DNA of 15,081 nucleotides from assembly GCA_031285625.1 (NCBI GenBank), contig JAITVV010000066.1, positions 1 through 15,081 on the forward strand, read 5' to 3'. How positions within the stretch are numbered: position 1 is the first letter of the stretch; each line of letters begins with the position of its first letter. This DNA comes from Prevotella sp. Its GTDB lineage: Bacteria; Bacteroidota; Bacteroidia; Bacteroidales; Dysgonomonadaceae. Below the pieces are notes generated by a model. The model did not search any database. It was not told the DNA's origin and worked only from the letters and a program-made list of their open reading frames with translations. Shown here in pieces: positions 9,063 to 15,081 of the stretch. The translations under genes and the position numbers were made by a program.

Positions 9063-10562
9063 CTATTGTACTGATCCTACAAATGTTACAACACTTTTTG
9101 CCGGAATATCCAATATATACTGGCCATTTTCCGGTGTGACAGTTGTTTCAGCCCAGGTATTATCAGCATCGGTAAGTACTCTCCTCAGGCTTGTTACACC
9201 CTGTACGCCGTTAACATTAAGAGGGGTAAGCACATTTTCATCGGTTTTATTTACCATAACAATAACCATTCCATTACCTTTTTTGTATGATGAGATATGG
9301 AAATCGGTAGGAAGCCCATTCCCTCTGTCGATAGTAACTCTGCGGCTATCAGATTCGATATACCTTGAGAAGTTTCCGAATGCTTCGTAGCGTTTTGTCA
9401 GAGTATAACTTTCACGGTCGCTCATATTCATGAAAATCAAGCCTTCGTCGTTATCTCCCGGTACTGCGCCTAGCCAGTAGATTAAAGCACTGGCGCTGGC
9501 ATCCGACAAGTATCTGTGAAAATCGGCAGCCCAGTCCAGAGCATTAGCCATGTCGGTATGAGGGCCGTCGATACTACTTGTTTCGGTGAGCCATACAGGA
9601 ATATTCATATCCATCGCTTTAGAAAACGGAATGATTGATGTCTTTTGTCCCGTTACAGGGTCTTTATAACCATGACCTGCAGCTATCGTATTGCAATCAG
9701 CAAGGGCAGGATTAAAATTCAGAACATCAGCCACAAAATTGCTGGAACCGAAGATGAATCCTAAAATAGGGCCCCATTGTGCATTTTCGCCAAAGATGAT
9801 TTTGGTTGACAATCCTTCGCTGCGGAATGCAGGGCTAAGGTCGTTAACGATGAACGGAGCTAAAGTCATAGAACCCGGTATCCATGTACAAGAAGTCCAT
9901 TCGGCTGCGTATTCAGGTTCGTTAGCCGGAGAAACAGCATAGATAGGATAACCGTTGTTCTGAAATTCCTTAACAAAACGGGTTATATAGTTTGCGTAAT
10001 TCTTATATTGAGATAAGTTCAAACTACCTTGTACCGTACTGCCGTTAGTCTTCATGTAAGCAGGAGGGCTCCAGGCTGAAAATATAACCTTTTCAACATT
10101 GTGCATTTGTTTGGCTTCCCTCAATACCCAATGTTGAGCTCTGATATAGAGTTCATTGTAGTTAGAGTCGCTGCCCTTATCCAAAACGCCGAAAAGCGGG
10201 TCGCTGTAAGGAATATCTATATCCCTGTCGAATCCGAAATCATAGACATTTTCAGCAGGAGAGAAAAATGGGGAAAGTTCTCCCCTGAGAATATTCAATC
10301 TCAAACCTTGTTCTCCATACAACCGGTTCATAATTTCCGAACGTTTGTGATGTGCATAAAGATCGTCGGCGTGTCCCTGGCAAACTCCAAAACCATCGAT
10401 GTTTTGTTGTTCCTGTGCCCATTGTACCGTTACACCGGATGAAGTCACAGTTGTAGCCGCTTTCAAGTTCTTTCCCTCAGGTATTTCTATCTGCTCCATA
10501 TCGGAACATGAGAAAAATAAACCGGAGATAAATATCATTCCTAAAAAAAATCGTGTTTTCAT
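9063..10562 (-). CDS. GH30 glycoside hydrolase lipoprotein (subfamily not assigned)
   Basis: Lipobox FFSC-SD. Motifs QNIDGFG, SAWSPPAYMKTN, SPANEPE (acid/base), WLTETS (nucleophile), FGNFSRYI and C-terminal PAKSVVTFV. Start is 10562 or 10568. Confidence 0.88.
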   Translation of the reverse strand: MKTRFFLGMIFISGLFFSCSDMEQIEIPEGKNLKAATTVTSSGVTVQWAQEQQNIDGFGVCQGHADDLYAHHKRSEIMNRLYGEQGLRLNILRGELSPFFSPAENVYDFGFDRDIDIPYSDPLFGVLDKGSDSNYNELYIRAQHWVLREAKQMHNVEKVIFSAWSPPAYMKTNGSTVQGSLNLSQYKNYANYITRFVKEFQNNGYPIYAVSPANEPEYAAEWTSCTWIPGSMTLAPFIVNDLSPAFRSEGLSTKIIFGENAQWGPILGFIFGSSNFVADVLNFNPALADCNTIAAGHGYKDPVTGQKTSIIPFSKAMDMNIPVWLTETSSIDGPHTDMANALDWAADFHRYLSDASASALIYWLGAVPGDNDEGLIFMNMSDRESYTLTKRYEAFGNFSRYIESDSRRVTIDRGNGLPTDFHISSYKKGNGMVIVMVNKTDENVLTPLNVNGVQGVTSLRRVLTDADNTWAETTVTPENGQYILDIPAKSVVTFVGSVQ

Positions 10563-10691
10563 AAACAATACTTTTTAGTAAAAAATAGAGTAATAACATT
10601 CGAGGCAAAAATGAAATTGCCTGCATCGCGCAAAAGCAGATATTAGTGACACTGAATGTCCGAGTATGGTTTTGAAGCCTCTCGATTCAGG

Positions 10692-10699
10692 CAAATCTA
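10692..10699 (-). promoter_or_regulatory. Candidate Bacteroidota -7 promoter element for the GH30 gene
   Basis: TAGATTTG matches TAnnTTTG about 130 nt upstream of the start. No well-spaced -33 TTTG was seen. Confidence 0.4.
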
Positions 10700-10921
10700 T
10701 AGCTTTAAAACAGACGTTTCCATTTGTGATTCAAAGTTTTAAATAAAATTACTAAACACTTCCCCATTAAGGGAAATATACATAGAAGAGTATCTGCAGA
10801 TACGGAGCCTTTATGGGTGTACATCATAGTAGAGCGGAAACCTCAAGATTCCTTCCTAAATCACCGATGTTCAACTTACTAATTAATACAAGCCCATACT
10901 TACATTTTTCTAATTTTATTT

Positions 10922-12088
10922 TTAGAATAAATTTACATTTATTATCTTATTTAAAGTTTTCATAGACTCGGCTGAGCAATATCCGTCGGGAGCCGTGTTT
11001 ATACAATAATCCAGTAACCGGTCGATAGAAGATGTGGCAACATGCATTCGCGTATCGGATGAAGCGTAATATATGTATATCGTACAATCATTATCTGTAA
11101 TCCATCCATTCGAAAATAATACATTATACACATCTCCCACACGTTCCTTTTCCATGGGAGCCATGAAATATCCGGCAGGCTCGGTAATTAATTTATTGGG
11201 ATGCTGCAAATCTGTAAGGTACAAATAAAGTATATAGCGCAATCCTGCGGCGCAATTGCGTACGCCATGGGCCAGATGTAGCCAACCTTTCGGAGTCTTT
11301 ACAGGATGAGGACCTTCCCCATTCTTAACCTCTTTTACCGTATGATAGTGACGGTAGTTTATTATTTCTTCTTTATCTATTTCCGCCTTTGTCATATCAT
11401 CGATAAGCGCCCAGCCGATTCCGCCTCCGCTTCCCGCATCTATGAATCCATCCTGGGGACGTGTATATAGCGCATATTTACCGTTCACAAACTCGGGATG
11501 CAATACGACATTGTGCTGCTGGCTTTTCGATTTGAGGTCGGATAAACGTTCCCAACTTATCAAATCCTTTGTCCTTACAATCCCGGCAGAGGCTACCGCC
11601 GAAGACAGGTCTCCTGCCGGTGCTTCGGGGTCTTTTCGTTCGGCACAGAATATGCCGTAAATCCATCCGTCTTCGTGGGCGGTCAGGCGCATATCGTACA
11701 CATTCGTCTCCTTGTCGCCGGTTTGTGGAAGGGTGACAGGATACTCACGGAAACGGAAATTATCGACCCCGTTAGGGCTTTCCGCTATTGCAAAAAAAGA
11801 TTTCCGGTCATATCCCTCGACACGGGCTATTAAAAGATATTTGTCCTGCCACTTTATAGCTCCTGCATTAAAAACTGCATTAATACCGAAGCGTTCCATA
11901 AAATATGGGTTCGTTTCAGGGTTCAAATCATAACGCCAAAATAACGGAGTATGGTCTGCCGTTAATACAGGATTTTTATATCGTTCAAATATGCCATTTC
12001 CGGTTAAAATCCTCTCATTTTTACGCGCTAAAGTTTGTTCATGGGCTTTACTAATAATGTTCAGCCTCTCATTATAAATATCATTCAT
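10922..12088 (-). CDS. GH130 4-O-beta-D-mannosyl-D-glucose phosphorylase-like protein
   Basis: [45 protein letters not shown] (catalytic Asp), [24 protein letters not shown] and [12 protein letters not shown]. No signal peptide. Closely resembles B. fragilis MGP as recalled. Confidence 0.92.
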   Translation of the reverse strand: MNDIYNERLNIISKAHEQTLARKNERILTGNGIFERYKNPVLTADHTPLFWRYDLNPETNPYFMERFGINAVFNAGAIKWQDKYLLIARVEGYDRKSFFAIAESPNGVDNFRFREYPVTLPQTGDKETNVYDMRLTAHEDGWIYGIFCAERKDPEAPAGDLSSAVASAGIVRTKDLISWERLSDLKSKSQQHNVVLHPEFVNGKYALYTRPQDGFIDAGSGGGIGWALIDDMTKAEIDKEEIINYRHYHTVKEVKNGEGPHPVKTPKGWLHLAHGVRNCAAGLRYILYLYLTDLQHPNKLITEPAGYFMAPMEKERVGDVYNVLFSNGWITDNDCTIYIYYASSDTRMHVATSSIDRLLDYCINTAPDGYCSAESMKTLNKIINVNLF

Positions 12089-12140
12089 ATTGGATTTCCT
12101 TTATTTTATATTACAGATACAAAGAACATGGAAGAAAAGC

Positions 12141-12215
12141 CAAATCTATCTTTAAATATGGGTTTGATTACTTTAACAATGTATTGTTAAGCACTAATAT
12201 TCAATACAATACATT
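12141..12215 (-). promoter_or_regulatory. Candidate GH130 promoter (-7 TAGATTTG at 12141-12148) with an upstream operator-like palindrome
   Basis: TAnnTTTG match about 53 nt upstream of the ATG. Palindrome TTAACAAT-GT-ATTGTTAA at 12173-12190 and a second inverted partial site ACAATACATT at 12206-12215. Confidence 0.5.
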
Positions 12216-12247
12216 TAGTTTTTTGTTACGTACTTAGGTCTTACTGC

Positions 12248-12407
12248 CTATTTCCTCAGGGGATTGGTATGTTTATCCGGCCCGGAAACAATGTAACTTT
12301 CCGGTTTTGTGCATTCAGATTTAGCGGGCCTATAAGCAGCATATAAAGAATAGTATATTTTCTTTATAAATTAACCTGCTATTTATTTGATTAATAAATA
12401 TTTTCAT
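12248..12407 (-). pseudogene. Decayed remnant of a susC 5' end
   Basis: ATG AAA ATA at 12407, then after a frameshift QVNL*RKYTILYMLLIGPLNLNAQNRKVTLFPGRINI. The intact SusC reads WVNLLRSIFLFILLLGSLNLNAQSQKITLPPGRTTI. Confidence 0.9.
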
Positions 12408-12414
12408 ACATTTG
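12386..12414 (+). promoter_or_regulatory. Antisense sigma-A-type promoter overlapping the pseudo-susC start codon
   Basis: TTTG at 12386-12389, a 17-nt spacer (slightly short), then TACATTTG at 12407-12414. Confidence 0.6.
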
Positions 12415-12420
12415 CATAAA

Positions 12421-12526
12421 TATTTCGGTGAATAGTCGTTTTAATTCTCAGATGGTATAGTTAAAAGGTTCATCGATTTCAAACCGGAGGGATATGCTTG
12501 CCGGCGTCCTCCGGTTCTTTTCATTT
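12421..12526 (+). ncRNA. Candidate cis-antisense sRNA (DonS-like position), copy B
   Basis: Lies downstream of a consensus -7 element. Ends in hairpin AACCGGAGG (12482-12490) / CCTCCGGTT (12508-12516) plus CTTTTCATTT. Its position between anti-sigma and susC matches that described for Bacteroides PUL antisense sRNAs. Confidence 0.55.
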
Positions 12527-12550
12527 CTGGTATTTTAGGTTTAACAATAT

Positions 12551-13543
12551 TTAATATATAAATATATTATCATTTTCAATTTTATATTTCAGAGAGGGTA
12601 TGAGATATTTCAATACGGTCATGAAGTCGGCAACGCCCTCTTCAGGCATGATTCTCATCGTTATCCGTTCATCCCGGTATTTGTCCGGATCGAAATATAC
12701 TTTTACGGCATATTTCCGCTCAATGATTTTTATTACTTCATTTACCGGCATGGACTGAATGACCATATTGCCGTTGATCCAGGCTATGACGTTTTCTATT
12801 TTCACAGTCTTTTTCTTGATTAATCCCGTTTTTTTACCGTATGTTACCTGTTCGTTAGGAAGCAGAAGCACAGATTCCTTATCCGTATTTTTGAATGTCA
12901 CGTTTACTTTCCCGCTTTCAAGCGAGGCAGACAGGTTTTCACTGTCTGTATAAGCAGAGACATTGAATATGGTACCCAAAGCTTCAACATCCATACTGCT
13001 CGTTTTTACGATAAAAGGCTTTGTTTCGTCTTTAGCCACGGTAAAATAAGCTTCTCCATTCAGAAATATGTCCCGGGTACCGGTAAAGTGCCGGGGATAA
13101 ATAAGGATACTACCGGAATTTACTTTTACTACAGAAGAATCAGGGAGGGTGATTGTCCGGATTTCGCCATCGGGTACAATACATTCAATGAATGCAAGGC
13201 TGTTATCAGCCATATTAGAGTTTTTTACGGCCCAATAGGTAATCCCCGCGGATATAAGCGGGAGTACCAGTATAGCCGCGATCCTTAATAATTTCCGTAT
13301 GGATAATCTTTTTTTAGAATCGGGGATAGATGTTGCTTGTATCTTTGCTTGTAAGATTTCATAGGATTTTTCAGCAGACTGGCCGGCTATAATATCCAGT
13401 TCGTCCCAGATACTTCTGAAAGCTGCATCTTTTTCAGCTTTGTCATCAGTATCTTTTATCCATGATATGAATTCCTTTTGCAGGCGGTCCGGATAATTAT
13501 TATTAAAGTACTGTCTTATTATTTCATGTATTCTTGTCGGCAT
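12551..13543 (-). CDS. FecR-family anti-sigma factor
   Basis: Transmembrane segment RIAAILVLPL. FecR motifs LPDSSVVKVNSGS, LNGEAYFTVAKDETKPFIV, LGTIFNVSAY and LESGKV. The likely start is the ATG at 13543 (MPTRIH) rather than the TTG at 13597. Confidence 0.93.
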   Translation of the reverse strand: MPTRIHEIIRQYFNNNYPDRLQKEFISWIKDTDDKAEKDAAFRSIWDELDIIAGQSAEKSYEILQAKIQATSIPDSKKRLSIRKLLRIAAILVLPLISAGITYWAVKNSNMADNSLAFIECIVPDGEIRTITLPDSSVVKVNSGSILIYPRHFTGTRDIFLNGEAYFTVAKDETKPFIVKTSSMDVEALGTIFNVSAYTDSENLSASLESGKVNVTFKNTDKESVLLLPNEQVTYGKKTGLIKKKTVKIENVIAWINGNMVIQSMPVNEVIKIIERKYAVKVYFDPDKYRDERITMRIMPEEGVADFMTVLKYLIPSLKYKIENDNIFIY

Positions 13544-13564
13544 ATCTTTCCCGTTTATATATTT

Positions 13565-13591
13565 ATGACAGGAAAGATATCGCTTTCTCCC
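13565..13591 (-). promoter_or_regulatory. Possible ECF-sigma promoter for fecR
   Basis: GGGAGA-N15-TGTCAT between the sigma and fecR genes resembles motifs recalled at Bacteroidota sigma/anti-sigma junctions. This is inference only. Confidence 0.3.
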
Positions 13592-13608
13592 GACCAAGGG
13601 CGATTTTT

Positions 13609-14157
13609 TCAGTAAAAAAATACAATTGCCAGATACAGAACCTTCCGGATATCGTTTAGGGCAAGGCTTAACTGGTTTTCCACGGTTTTTTTTGCCAGCC
13701 CTAATTTTTCAGATATCGTTTCTTTTTCAAGATTATAGACCCGGCTCATTATAAATATTTTACGTCTTTGGATAGGCATCCGGCTTACTGCCAACCGCAC
13801 TAAAAAGAGTAATTCTTCTGCATTTAGTTTTTCTTCCGGATTTGTTTCCGCAGGCTGGTTGTAATCGGTTATGTATGATTTTTCGACAAATTTATGCTCC
13901 AGATAGTTTAATGCCTTATTTTTAGCTGTTCTATACATATAAGCATTGAAAGAACGGATATTAAGAATATTTTCCCTGTTTTCCCATATTCTTAAAAAAA
14001 TATCCTGAGATAACTCTTCTGCAATGGTTTCAGACTTTATTATATGTGTGATGAAATATTTTATTTTGGGGTAATATTTCAAAAAGATTGAACGAAAGGC
14101 CTCATGGTTTCCCAGAGCTATCTTCTTAAGGTCGTTTATTTCTTCATATGGTACCAT
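13609..14157 (-). CDS. ECF sigma-70 factor (Bacteroides expansion family)
   Basis: Region 2 AEELSQDIFLRIWENR ... AKNKALNYL and region 4 RRKIFIMSR ... ISEKLGLAKKTVENQL. Adjacent to fecR. Confidence 0.95.
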   Translation of the reverse strand: MVPYEEINDLKKIALGNHEAFRSIFLKYYPKIKYFITHIIKSETIAEELSQDIFLRIWENRENILNIRSFNAYMYRTAKNKALNYLEHKFVEKSYITDYNQPAETNPEEKLNAEELLFLVRLAVSRMPIQRRKIFIMSRVYNLEKETISEKLGLAKKTVENQLSLALNDIRKVLYLAIVFFY

Positions 14158-14185
14158 TGGTGAGCGATTTTACATCCAATAAATA

Positions 14186-14193
14186 CAAAATTA
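14186..14193 (-). promoter_or_regulatory. Candidate -7 promoter element of the ECF sigma gene
   Basis: TAATTTTG matches TAnnTTTG about 29 nt upstream of the ATG. Confidence 0.6.
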
Positions 14194-14217
14194 AGATTTA
14201 TTATCATATAATATACC

Positions 14218-15081
14218 GAACTCATTTAAATTTTTTTCTTTTTAAGAATTTCTTCAGACCAATGACAATAAAAGCCAGATAATTGAATCCTTTCCAGCTA
14301 GATACAGTAGTATCAAACCTGTTAAGGAGGCTTCTGAACCCATCGAGCCATGCATTTGTTCGTTCAATGGAATAACGCTCCCGATAAAGCAATTAATCAA
14401 AATAATTGTCGTTTTGACAGTCCCCGTTACGCGGATTTTCAGCAAAATTTGCAATAATGCCTTTCTCTGAGCAGAGTTGCCTGAACTGTTGCGAGTCAAA
14501 ACCGGCATCTGCATTCACAAACAATCCGTCCAGGGATATGCCTGCCTGCTCCAATGGGTTCACCAGTTCATTGAAATGAGTTTCAATTTCGAACAGGTCA
14601 TGGTGATTCCCACTTGCGGGTTCACTCATCGATAATGGCAAACCTTGACGGTCAGTGAAATACAGAGAATTGGTGGTTTTACGTTTTTTCCGTTTTTGAT
14701 AACCTGTCTGTTTTCCTCCCTTTATCGCTCCGGTATGACTGCCGTCCAGGTCGCTGCTTGATAAATCCAACAAGTATCTGTATTTGTGCAGAATTTGTAT
14801 CCAGCTTTGGCTCCATACACCAGCCTTGCACCATTTGCGGTAATGATAGTAAACTGACTGCCAACTGAGAACCAAATCTGAAAAAAGAAATCCTACCGGA
14901 AGTAAATACCACTGCACGCCTGTTTTTAACTTATAGAGTATCGCATTAACGATCTCTTCAAGAGGTGCTTGGGGTGAAAAGCCTCTTTTGTTGGATGGAA
15001 TATGGCAGATTATTTCCATTTCTATTATATCTTTGTCAAGTACTTTGTACATAGGGGGAAGCGATTAGGTTTTAGTTTACA
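14218..15081 (-). mobile_element. IS5-family insertion sequence (far end outside the window)
   Basis: Contains an IS5-type transposase. The probable terminal repeat GAACTCATTTAAA overlaps the transposase stop codon. The boundary is approximate because the partner repeat is not visible. Confidence 0.75.
14222..15052 (-). pseudogene. IS5-family DDE transposase with a premature TAA at 14393-14395
   Basis: Motifs AILYKLKTGVQW, DLDGS and NADAGFD. The same frame continues past the stop as LLYRERYSIERTNAWLDGFRSLLNRFDTTVSSWKGFNYLAFIVIGLKKFLKEKKFK*. Confidence 0.9.

Larger units (their letters stand above)
12248..12802. repeat. Diverged direct repeat, copy B (decayed susC 5' end + intergenic + intact fecR 3' end)
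   Basis: Aligns with 8481-8963 (see copy A). Confidence 0.93.

Noticed and set aside
10790-10803. Perfect 14-bp palindrome GTATCTGCAGATAC
   Set aside because: About one is expected by chance in 15 kb (4^-7 per position), and there is no other support.
10886-10921. [12 protein letters not shown] after the GH130 stop, faintly like the start of the sugar symporter that follows MGP in mannan operons
   Set aside because: It is too short, has no start codon, and the similarity does not continue.
8481-12802. Invertible promoter or susC shufflon
   Set aside because: The repeats are direct and diverged, and no site-specific recombinase is in the window.
14254-14514. 86-aa ORF as a frameshifted transposase OrfB
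   Set aside because: The real C-terminus continues in the original frame past a stop codon, so no frameshift is needed.
1-15081. Composite transposon carrying the PUL
   Set aside because: The two flanking IS ends look unrelated. The window edges more likely reflect assembly breaks at repeats.

Overview
This window is a Bacteroidota polysaccharide utilization locus (PUL), with all genes on the minus strand. The order is ECF sigma factor, FecR anti-sigma, GH130 mannosyl-glucose phosphorylase-like protein, GH30 lipoprotein, STN-domain SusC, SusD, arylsulfate sulfotransferase (ASST) lipoprotein and GH35 beta-galactosidase. IS sequence bounds both ends: an IS4-like end truncates the GH35 gene, and an IS5-family transposase with an internal stop sits just upstream of the sigma promoter. 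Three things stand out. (1) The ~0.5 kb fecR-3'/intergenic/susC-5' junction occurs twice as a diverged direct repeat with reciprocal decay, bracketing the GH130+GH30 cassette. (2) The best-conserved part of that repeat looks like an antisense sRNA unit, with a promoter overlapping the susC ATG and a plus-strand terminator; only the copy beside the dead susC keeps a consensus promoter. (3) A sulfotransferase with an apparently intact active site, rather than a sulfatase, follows susD. All family calls come from motif recognition by eye; no searches were run.
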